From assembly GCA_004764695.1 (NCBI GenBank), contig SMSO01000005.1, positions 1,612,001-1,676,000 on the forward strand: a DNA stretch of 64,000 nucleotides. The letters are read 5' to 3'. This DNA comes from Schizochytrium sp. TIO01 (taxonomy: Eukaryota > Protista > Bigyra: Labyrinthulomycetes). Position numbers and translations under genes: made by a program. Positions 34,051 through 44,380 of this stretch are shown piece after piece; the first letter of the stretch is position 1; the number at the start of each line of letters is the position of its first letter. The notes beneath the pieces were generated by a model. The model ran no database searches, was not told the origin of the DNA, and saw only the letters and a list, made by a program, of their open reading frames with translations.

Positions 34051-34208
34051 AGCATTGGGGTCTAAACGAGTTTCACTATTCTCTGCCGGGACCACAATCA
34101 TAACATAACTTAGTTGCGTTTGCGGCTCCGCCTCGTGGTCAAAAGCTACATCTAGGACGCTACTGCGATTTGCCATTCATATCTTAACCTTCTCAGTTTT
34201 GAAGCACC

Positions 34209-35397
34209 ATGGGTGGTGGTCTCAGTCGGTCACGGTCCAGCGTGCACCACAACATGACAGCTGACATGCTCTTACTCGGTGCACCAAGCGTGGGCAAATC
34301 AACAGTATTTCGTCAAATGAAACTTTTGTATCGTGGAGGCTTTACGCCTGAAGAGCGCCGCCGCTCACGGATCGAATTACGACGCAACGTCATTGCTTCG
34401 ATAGTCAAACTCGATGAGATTGCTCGTAACCAAGGTTTTGATTTAGAGTCTGAAGAAGCAGAAGATGCCATTACTCACCTCAAACTTAGTTTCCAGGATT
34501 ACTACTATGATGAGCGAGATGACGCAAACTGGGTTGGCGCGAATGAGGAGGTGAATTCGAATTCCCAATTCGGGAGCAGCCGAGCAAGTTGATATAATGT
34601 CTGAGCCGTCTCCATTTCCTGTGTCTCAGGCAAAGGTAGCTGTTGCAGACCCCGCTATTCAAAAGGCCTTGAAGCTTATTACATCACCCGATTTTCAGTT
34701 ACCAAAAGCAGACACAGTAGGTCGGGAGCTGTTGCAGGAAGCACTGACGTACGTAATGTTTGATAATTTCGAGCGAATTATTAGTGATAGCTTTGAGCCT
34801 ACAGACCAGGATTGTTTACATTTACGACGGCACACTACCTCTGTAGAAAAGATCGAGTTTGCATGCCCGATTCAAATGAACACGCGAGAGGAGATAGTGT
34901 CATGCACGTGTACTGATATTGGTGGACAGGCTCAAGAGCAGAAAAAATGGGAGGCACAGGCAGCGAAAGTTGATTTTATTCTTTTTGTGACGGCAATGAG
35001 CGATTTTGATATTACACGTGCGAACGGACAAAACGCTCTGATGCACCAGTTTGAACTACTTTCTCGCATTTTGAGTGCAAAATGTTTCTCGAATATGAAT
35101 GTGATTGTCTTATTGAATAAAATTGATGCTCTTGAGGAGAAACTTAAGACCTCAAAGTTGCAAACCTATTTTCCAGATTTTACAGCAGACAACACTGTAG
35201 AAAATGCAAAGATCTTCTTTGAGCAGATCTGCGAAGCTATCAACGAAGCAACAGTCCAGGATGGAAAAGGGAGTAAGACTCGCCAGGTTCAGGTCGTGCC
35301 ATCCTGTGCTCTTGATACCAAAATGGTACATAACGTACTCACTTCCGCACTTGGTGCTGCGTTGTTGTCAACATTGATGGAGGTCGGCATTATGTGA
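34209..35397 (+). CDS. Heterotrimeric G-protein alpha subunit, divergent; exons 34209-34550 and 34630-35397 (369 aa)
   Basis: G1 LLLGAPSVGKST, switch I LRRHTTS, G3 DIGGQ, G4 LLNKID, G5 SCALDT, and an MGGGLS myristoylation motif. A phase-0 GT..AG intron at 34551-34629 with a pyrimidine tract joins the two ORFs in frame. Confidence 0.9.
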
Positions 35398-35919
35398 TTG
35401 GGAAACCGTGAGCACGCATTAACACTCTGACAAAGGACTTGGGTCTAGCGTGTTGATTTTCTTATTGATTCATAGCGTTTTTGTCAGAGCAGATATCTAC
35501 ATTTGTTGTCCCATGGACCAGGAAATTGAAGACCAAACATATGTAAAGCGGACACTCCAAGAAGTTAAGGTTTTTGTACTAGTGTGAAGAAGGATTCAGA
35601 ACAGAGCATTATGTGCAAAAAAAAGAGAGAGCAAAATGAAGCAACTCTAAATTTGGGATCAAAGGGGTAATCTCCATTACTAAAACATCTGACGAACATG
35701 CACAGCGTGTACATCATAATACCATACTTAATATTCATGTGTGGAGACTCTAGCTCTTCACGTATTCTAGAATTGAATTTACATTTTATATTTTTGTCTG
35801 ATAGCATCAATTAATTTTAATTATATAGGACATGAAAATGCCAAGGGGTTGAAGGAATGAAACTTCTCGATCGTCAATTTCTTGACTTGGTCTAATGTGT
35901 TTGTCATGGAAACAGTGAC

Positions 35920-36400
35920 CCGACGTGAAGATGAAGAAGGAGATGACAAAGGAAAGGAGGTTGGGTATTTCTGAGTCTCTGAGGAAAATATTGTCTGTAA
36001 ATCATGATAGATCCCTGAAGAGCTTGCGCCGGTCCTTGTACATACGCTGTGGTCTAGCTTTGCTGCATTTCGCCAGCTTCAGATGGACACGTCACGAATA
36101 TTTATCTTGCTTTGGCAGTTTTCAGTCAGTACATACTTATTTTCGACCTCGTCTATTCTAGAAAGTAGGGCTCAAGAGACACTAATATGGCAAGCTTGCC
36201 AAGACTCTATGTTGTGTGGCAACTATATTTGTCTCTTTTGGTTGATAACCCCGGATGTCTTCAACTTTGGAATAAATGATAAAAGAGCAAAATCCTAAAG
36301 CAAAAGAAATAGTACGCTGTGAGACATTGGCAATGGAAGATCCACCAAAACTGCATCAGATGACTACAAAATGGAGGAAGGATCAAAACTTTATGTATTC
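35920..36400 (+). pseudogene. Decayed ankyrin-repeat coding relic
   Basis: GLALLHFASF / (frameshift) GHVTNIYLAL, then ETLIWQAC...GNYICLFWLI...GINDK. These resemble the ankyrin consensus G.T.LH.A...GH..IV..LL. Confidence 0.33.
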
Positions 36401-37209
36401 AACATTGAATCATCTCAGTCTAATTGCAGTCAAGAAGTACAGAAGTAAAATCAAACAAAAACGCTCCGTCCATTTTAAAATGATATGATGTGAAGTTACT
36501 CCTAGTTTTATGAGGCTGTGAGAATCTCGCTTTAAGCAAATGTTTATCAAGGAGGCTCTTTGAAATTCTGGCAGGTATTGATTTCTATAAAGATCTCCCG
36601 TTGACGCACTGCATTAATTTAACGACCACTGAATGCTGGTTGAATGTATTTCTAAGCAAGGTCAATCGAGTGGAAACATAATATCGGCTATTAGTACTAG
36701 TTGATTGTCTGTGAATTATGAAGCTCATTTTTTATTTATATTTATATTTTTCAGAGTTCATCATAGCAAGTAGTAAATGTCTATCCCCGCGTAAGTATTA
36801 CACTCGCATGGGGAGGTATTTGAGCGACCAGTGGTGCATATTGAGAGAGAGGGAATATAAAGAGAGGCAGGGACTCGGAAATAGAGACATCAGTTCAAAT
36901 TGTTTTTTTGTTTTTGTTTCTTGTAGAAAAAAAGAAGAAGAAGAAGCATAACTCACTCAAGAGACCTAGATATTTCTATAAGGTATATTTCAAATGAGGA
37001 CGCTCACGGGTTTCAAAAGTTGGTGGTGTTCGTATGTACCTAGTTACGCATGCATGAGAAATGAAACATTTTCGCAGAAGTCTACTAGGTGGCAGGCAGC
37101 AATACAAACAAGGGTGCCTTTCTAGCATAGCTGTGAAATTGTTTTGGTGAAGAGCACATGTGCACGTGTCTTGTTGTTGGTTGAATAAAACAAATTTCTC
37201 CGAAGGTAA

Positions 37210-38685
37210 TTAGACCTCGGTGATCTCGCGCATGCTAGTGGCCTGGCTGGGTCCACTGTTGGACTTACCGCCCTTGGCAAGGGTCTTGGCCGGGACAGTA
37301 CCAGCCTCCTTCTGCATGAGCTTGGCCTTGGCGGCCTTGTTCTTGCGGTACCAGTAGTATGCACCAAAGCCAATGCAAGGCACAATAATGATGGCAACAA
37401 GGCAGCCAACAAGGATGGCGACCATGCTGCTGGAGGACTCGTCCGCTTCGCAGTAATCGAAGGCAGCAACAAGGTTGTCCTCGAGCCAGCTGCGCATGAA
37501 GGTGATCTGCTGGTTCTGGCCGTTAACGATAGACCAAAGCATGGTCACAGCTGGGGTACCACCGTCGTTGTTGTCATCGTTACAGAAAGAGTCATCAAGC
37601 GAACGGCCAGTGGCAGATGCAAGGGCAGCATAAGCCTGGGAAATAGAATCATCACCATCAGCGGTAAGAGCACGACGGCGACGACGACCATCGTAAGAGG
37701 TACCACACTTGAGGGAACCAGGGTTAAACCAAAGGAGAATCTTGGCCATGTTGACAGCGTTCTGGTGGTGAGCAATCATCTGGTACATAAACTCGGCAGT
37801 AGGATCGTTGTTACCAGTGGTACGCATCTCAGTCATCATCTTACAGTTGATGGCAGCGAAGCACTCGTTGAAGGTATCGGCATCACCGTTGCAGTGGAAG
37901 ACGTGGTCACCACACTGCTCGTGGCCCTGGTAGTTGGAAACGTTGAAGGTACCGCAGTTGACATCGAAGTCATCACGCTCAACGTACTCGTACGGGATCT
38001 CGATCTCGGTGACAGAGTTCTTCATCTCGCCTTCTGCGTTGAGAATCTTGATACGAAAGGACATCTGGTTGTGGATGTGGCAGAATGCGAAGATCTCGTT
38101 GGTGGAGTCGTCAGTGATGTTGACTTCGACGGTGAAGTTACCAGCATCAATCCACTCGTCACGGCCGCCAGAGAACCAGAAGCCTTCATACTCATCAAGA
38201 CCGAAGTCTTCGGGGTCTGTCTCGTCAGTGACAAGGTTCTCACCGTTGAGCTTATACTGCGGGCAATCGCAAGAGTAAGTGTCAGCACAGTCCGAGTCAG
38301 GGTTGCCAATGGCGGGGACAGCGCGCTCAAGCTCAATGTTGTCACCGTATACACCGTCGGGACCGTAGGCAAATCCGAGAGGATGGTACCAGTTGGTGGT
38401 GTTGGTTTGGTCAAAGACGTGGAGCACGTTTTGTCTCATGCCGAGAGTCGGCTGGTAGCCAAGGTGCTCGCATCCTTCGAACATGAAGTAGCCTGTCTCA
38501 CTGGCGAAGATATCAAGCTTGGCATAGAATGTGCAAACCTCCTTGCCATCAGATTCCCGGGTCTCGCAAGTGGGCAAGCAAATTTCGTCCATGGTCATGG
38601 TGACACCGGCTGCCTGGGCGGCCTCGCTGGTGCGAGCGAGGCCAAGGACAGCAAGAGCTGCCAAGGTAATGATTCCGCGTGCCAT
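37210..38685 (-). CDS. Type I membrane protein: signal peptide + cupredoxin-like type-1 Cu site + DUF305/CopM-like helical domain + TM + basic tail (491 aa)
   Basis: ATG at 38685 (aaccATGg) gives the signal peptide MARGIITLAALAVLGLARTSEAAQA. WYHPLGF plus FCHIHNQM (C-x2-H-x2-M). FMYQMIAHHQNAVNMAK...IVNGQNQQITFMRSWL (DUF305). TM segment MVAILVGCLVAIIIVPCIGFGAYYWY. Strong codon bias. Confidence 0.85.
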   Translation of the reverse strand: MARGIITLAALAVLGLARTSEAAQAAGVTMTMDEICLPTCETRESDGKEVCTFYAKLDIFASETGYFMFEGCEHLGYQPTLGMRQNVLHVFDQTNTTNWYHPLGFAYGPDGVYGDNIELERAVPAIGNPDSDCADTYSCDCPQYKLNGENLVTDETDPEDFGLDEYEGFWFSGGRDEWIDAGNFTVEVNITDDSTNEIFAFCHIHNQMSFRIKILNAEGEMKNSVTEIEIPYEYVERDDFDVNCGTFNVSNYQGHEQCGDHVFHCNGDADTFNECFAAINCKMMTEMRTTGNNDPTAEFMYQMIAHHQNAVNMAKILLWFNPGSLKCGTSYDGRRRRRALTADGDDSISQAYAALASATGRSLDDSFCNDDNNDGGTPAVTMLWSIVNGQNQQITFMRSWLEDNLVAAFDYCEADESSSSMVAILVGCLVAIIIVPCIGFGAYYWYRKNKAAKAKLMQKEAGTVPAKTLAKGGKSNSGPSQATSMREITEV

Positions 38686-39134
38686 GGTTTCTATTCTGCT
38701 GCTGTTGTTTTCACAGTACAACGCCAACCGAGTTATTTGCGATTGGTCGTGCAATGCACGTTTCTTCCACTCGTCGCTGCTCTGTTGCCGCGACTTTGAG
38801 TTTGGGATTTGCAACTCCTTCGAGTTTGGGATTTACCTCATCTCTGCAATCGCCAATGGTTCTCCAATCCTTTCCTTTTGTCTCAGCAATCAATCAACCT
38901 TTCCATCGCTACCCACATTACCTTTCTTACTTTTACTTTTAAAAACTTACTTACTCACTCACTTACTTACTTACATTATTTTCTCTTTCTTTTCTTCTTT
39001 TCTTCTTTTCTCCATGGCGCGCGCTCTCTCTTCGCCTCTGTTTCCCTCTCTGTTCGATTTTCCATCACTCTATTTTCTTCTTTCTTTTCCTCTCTCTCAT
39101 TCCCTTTCTTCCACTTCCTCCATCGAAAGTCAAA

Positions 39135-39330
39135 GCCGCTTTATACCGACTGATTAACTCGACAAGCTAATAACCCAGTGGGCCTGCGGACTGAGACAGT
39201 GCGCGCTTAAGAGAGAGGGAGAGAGAGCGGCCGCCTCAGAGCGCCGCCCTCTTTCTTCTCCGCGTCTCTTCTTCGCCCCTTCAATCAGCCTTCCCGCCTC
39301 CACTCCACAAGACGGCGCTGCGTCCATTCC
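39135..39330 (-). promoter_or_regulatory. Candidate core promoter of the cupredoxin-DUF305 gene
   Basis: Minus-strand TATAAAG at about 39139-39145 with a GC-rich block just upstream. Confidence 0.35.
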
Positions 39331-40977
39331 ATCATTCATTCCATCGTTCATTCGACTATTCATTTCATTTGCTCATTCATTCATTCATTCGTTCACTTAT
39401 TAATAATACATGGGATTTCATGTGGTACATGCTCACTCGGACTCGGACGGCAATTTGGAACTTCCACGCTCTGCGGAGGAGACAGCCACGAGCTGTACCC
39501 TCCTCGTGCCGCGTCTGGTTTCTTTCTTGACATTGATGGTATCATTATTTTATTAAAATTAAAACATCAGTTAAAAATTATTATTGTAAAAGAAGAAGAA
39601 GAAAATGTTATTGTTGTGATGGGGCTTTTAAAAATAAGGACGCGTTGAAGTTTAGTGAAAAAGAAAAATATCGAGAGATTGTAGTAGTATTAAGCAGTAT
39701 GTATTATAAGAAAAAATATTTTAAAAATGTATTTTCTGAAAGAAGGATGAGTGTTTCTTTTCTTTCGTGTTTTCATTATTGGTTTTCTGCGGAGAAACCA
39801 GACTTTGAGCTCGAGAGAAGGACATTAAAATAGGTAAGGACGCTCGAGGAAAGACTTTACGGAGTGATTCATAATAGCCCAGAACAGCACTTTGCTTCAA
39901 TCGCCGGTTCCTCCGAAGCTGTTTCTTCAAGTATTTGCGGTCCTACGAGCCTGGTCTCCATAGATACAGAACGACAGAGTCGACTTTTATGGCAACAGTG
40001 TCGCTCTTGAAACATCATCTCTTTCGGGTTAAGTATTTTTAGTTTTAGTTTTAAAATAAGAATGAAATAAACGAAAAATAAGCACAGAAAACAAGTTAGT
40101 TTATTTTTTATTTTCTATTTTTTTTAATTTAAATAAATTTTGTTTATTTGATTGTTTGCTTGCTTTACTTGCTTGCTTCTCTACGAGCGATGCTTCTTCG
40201 AACTCTGTAGTTGCAGCCAAAGCTGAGCGTGGATTTGTCTGCGGAATCGATCATAGACCGCCGATTCTTATCAGCTCTGGCGCCTCACTATATCCACATC
40301 CACGCGGTCCGAGCTAATTCACACGCAGGCACAGATGTAACGCAAGACTTTGATTGATATCCATCGATCTGCCGATAGTTTTAAAAAACAGTTAATACCC
40401 ACCATTCACGTCACCTTTTTCTCAGACCAGACTTTCTACGGGATGTCTGAATATACCGGACGCGGGGTATCCAATCCTCTTGTCATGGCGAAAGAAACAA
40501 CCGATGATGGTATTTTCTGTTTTCTATTTGAGCAGAACAGCCGTGACTTTCCATATTTCGAAGTAAGAATCAAAAATAAAAAACAGTTTAGTAGTATAAG
40601 AGGTGAAAGGTGTCGAACTTGTTTGGAAAGCATTTTTTCGAGCGAACGTGAATGAAATGGAACAGATAAATAAAGCGAAGAATAATCGCACTCTGGAGAG
40701 AGTCGTGGAGAATAAACAACGATACATGGACAATCCAAGTGTCGCGTGTAAACGCGTATAATAAGCGAAGCATTCTGAATATTCATTCGCCCAATCGCTC
40801 ACTCACTCACTCACTCATCGGCTCGACTCGACTTCGAACTCACTTCGAAGCATACACATACATCCTTATGGACCTGCGAGTTCTGGCATCGTCTTCAGCA
40901 GCGAAGAAGAAAGGAAACCTTGAGAGTAGAAACTTGAAATTTCTATATTCTATCGTGGCTTCTTTCTTTCCTTTGGC

Positions 40978-41260
40978 GTTCGTTCGTTCGTTCGTTCATT
41001 CATTCATTCATTCATTCATTCATTCATTCCATTCATTCATTCATTCATTCATTCATTCATTCATTCATTCATTCATTCATTCATATAAATATAAATATAA
41101 ATATAAATATAAATATAAATATAAATATAAATATAAATATAATATAAATATAAATAAATATAATATAAATAATAAATATAAATATAAAATAAATATAAAT
41201 ATAAATATAAATATAAATATAAATATAAATTTATATTCATTCATTCATTCATTCATTCAT
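40978..41260. repeat. Compound microsatellite (CGTT)n(CATT)n(ATAAAT)n(CATT)n
   Basis: Directly visible. Confidence 0.95.
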
Positions 41261-43448
41261 GTGTTCATACGTTGTTGCATGAAAAGAATGAGGCAGCAGA
41301 AGTGGGCTGATCAGGAGCCGAGTGAAGAAGGCGCCAGTAGAACATGCGGTAACAGCATTCGCTTGGTTCAGACAGAGAAGACCGTCAAACTTTCCGTTTC
41401 CTTTCCTCGTCTGTTGGAGAGTGGGAGAAACAACGCATTGGCCATCGACGGCGCTTCAACGAATGGCAGTCTTCGAGATAAATAGTTAGAGAGATACACA
41501 GATTAGCGCGCCTTCTCAACTCGAAACAGTTCTCCTGTTCATTTATAAAATATATATTAAAAGAAAAAAGCCACTATAGTTCAAAAAAGAATGTATCTTT
41601 GAAAAGACCAACACCTAAAACCTAAAAACAAAAAACAGCTTTAAAACTTAGAACCCCAAAAGAACAATAGCTTAAAATGGGAAAGCAAACTTCTTCTTCG
41701 CCCAAACAGAGAGAAGAAGTTGAAAGCTTTGTATGATGAAAAACGAAGAGTCGAAAAGTCCTTCTTTGCCTACTAACACCCTGTCTCGAGATCAACTGAC
41801 GCGCGAAGACCCGATCGATACCCTTCAAGAAAGCTCGCGCTCGCAATAACGAAGCTAATTATTTCTTCATGATATTCCAGCTCAGCAGATCGATCTTCGC
41901 TTTCGCCGTCGCTGTTGATTGAACTGTCGAATTGATTCATGGCGCTCTGTGCTGTGCACGAGGCGCAGGCGTACGATATGCAGTGCCGCATTATGCAACG
42001 CAAAGGTTTCGCGAAAGGACGAGATGAAGGAGCGACGAGATTCAGGCCTTCGAGTCCTTGAAGAACAGCAAAGTTGATAACGTACAAGCTTTCCTCCTTT
42101 GTCTATTATAGATTTCCTCGCTTTTTGATGGATTTTCGTAGAATGTCAGTTCACTCTCTCACTCACTGCACTGCACTGCGCATCATCGCCATCATCGTTT
42201 GCTCATTAGGGCCCTTTCTTGATGGACAAACAAAGCAAAGGCACCATAACAGCGCGTGCTGATACGAAGATGTCAAAGTGGCGATTCTATAAAGCCTTCG
42301 AAAGAAACTCTGAAGAGACACACACACAGAGGGACCCGAATTCTGGTTTAGCTTTCTTATGTACCATTCTGCCAATCAAAGGCGGCCAAGATAAGATATC
42401 TGTACTTGCTTGCTTTTATGAAGAGTCGCGAGTCCTGCTTGTCGTTTACTTTCGCAGGTTTCGTTCGTAAGCGTGAAGATTGTGAAATGGCGCCTTTTGG
42501 TTTCTTCAGCAGAAGGAGCCTATCTATATTATCGATGTCTGCAACACCGTCTTGAACATTGTCGAGCGAGCGCGAGTAACTGCTAAGCAGCAGCAGCAAG
42601 TTTGCGAACGAAACTTTCACCAGTTCTTTCGTTTTTATCCTCTTCAATGGTCGCAGGTCCCATCAATCGATCGAAATCTCCATTCACTGTTTACCTTGAT
42701 TTAGTATACATTTTGCTTTTCCTCTCTTTCTCCCTCTTTTAGTCTATTGAAACTTATTTATATAATTTATAATTAACTGATAACATTTTCTATCTTCGAG
42801 TTTTTTTTTTTTTAAATGTTTTTTAAATGCTTTTTTTTTTAAATTATTAAATTAAATTCTTTCTAAAACGTTGTTTACAAATAAAAATTAACAACAAATG
42901 TTTTAGTTTTCAATCAATTAAAATGAAACCAGCGAAAGTGGAGGGAAACGAGGGAAAGAAAATAAATAAGACCGTCTAACAGAAAACGATAACAGCTACC
43001 AATACTACCAATACTACCAATACTGTCAAAGCCTTTGGAAGACCACTGGCTAGCTCACTACAGTCCCTGTAAGTATCAATCAATCAACAATCAATCAATC
43101 AATCAATCGACCTTCAGAATGTCTATCATGACAGAACGAATAGCCTTCTCACATCCTTATTCAACATACATCCATCCATCCATATACAACCTCCATAGAT
43201 CCACACCATAGAGGCCAATAGCAAACCAGCCCTGGAATGGAAGAAGTGAAGCCAGCGACTGATTTTCAATAGGCGGGTCACACCTCCATCCAAACATACC
43301 CTGGGACATACATACACAAAGGCAGACAGATAGACAGATTGATTTCAAGGTTTCTTTCTTGAAAGGCGGAGGGTCTCTGAGAGAGAGAGAGAGAAAGAGA
43401 GGGAAAGAGCGCTCGCTGTCCACAAGAGAGAAAACAAATGCTCACCAT

Positions 43449-43488
43449 ATACATACATACATACATACATACATACATACATACATAC
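43449..43488. repeat. (ATAC)n microsatellite
   Basis: Directly visible. Confidence 0.9.
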
Positions 43489-44331
43489 CTGCGCTTCCAC
43501 CATTACCCGAAAGCAGGGCGAGCAATTACGCATATTAATATATACGTAAAATATGTATATATGAATATATATATAGAAAGAGAAAGGAGCAACCACAGAG
43601 CCAAAGAGACGAAGAGGAAACAGCGAAAACAAACAGATAAAGAAGGAGGAAGGAAGCGAATCAGGAGTGCACTAAGCGTGCATGCACTTTGGCGCGTGCA
43701 TGGACGGGGCTCCCCACACCCACGTCCCTGACGCATGCGAGCACGCGCAGATGTGGGGACCATTCTGTGCGCAAGGTGGTAGCCCACACCAGACTGTGGT
43801 GGCAGGTCAAGCTGCAGCTTCCGACGAGGGAACCCGCCGCCTCGCGCTCCTTGGCCTCGCCGCCTCGCGCCATCAGAGGCAGGCAGCCAGTCAGCCAGCC
43901 AGAGGCGGGCGTTTCCCTGCAGGCCGCCGTGCCGCCTGCTCTTCGGCGGCCTTCGACCAGCCTCTGGCTCCCGGGCCTGGCTCCTGCACGCTTATCGGAG
44001 CGTTCTCTCGCGAAGCCCGCACGACTACGAATCCTGCCCTGCTCAGAGTTTGGCCCCCTCTCTATTGGCTGCTGCAACGGCAGTCTTTCTTCTTCCTTCT
44101 AGCAGTAGCAGTAGCTAGCTATCCATGGCTAGCAGGACCTTCCGAGGGGACAGATGGTAAGTGGGAAAGGCGAAAGAAAGTGTCAAGCGCTGGTACCATT
44201 TTCTAGCTCTGTGTTTGCGGCTAGGCTGTGGTTACGGGTAATGATAGGGGTTGGGTTTCTAGTCTTCTCACTAGCTCACTTTGTGCTCTCTGAGGCGAGC
44301 GAAGACTTGAGACTTTTTCTTCTTTGTTTTT

Positions 44332-44338
44332 TTTCTTT

Positions 44339-44378
<40 letters not shown>

Positions 44379-44380
44379 TC
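44332..44380. repeat. (TTTC)n microsatellite
   Basis: Directly visible. Confidence 0.9.

Noticed and set aside
37765-38799. 344-aa plus-strand ORF
   Set aside because: Antisense shadow of the codon-biased cupredoxin-DUF305 gene; no motifs of its own.
40739-41485. 248-aa ORF
   Set aside because: Open only because it crosses stop-free microsatellites (FIHS, YK, NI repeats).
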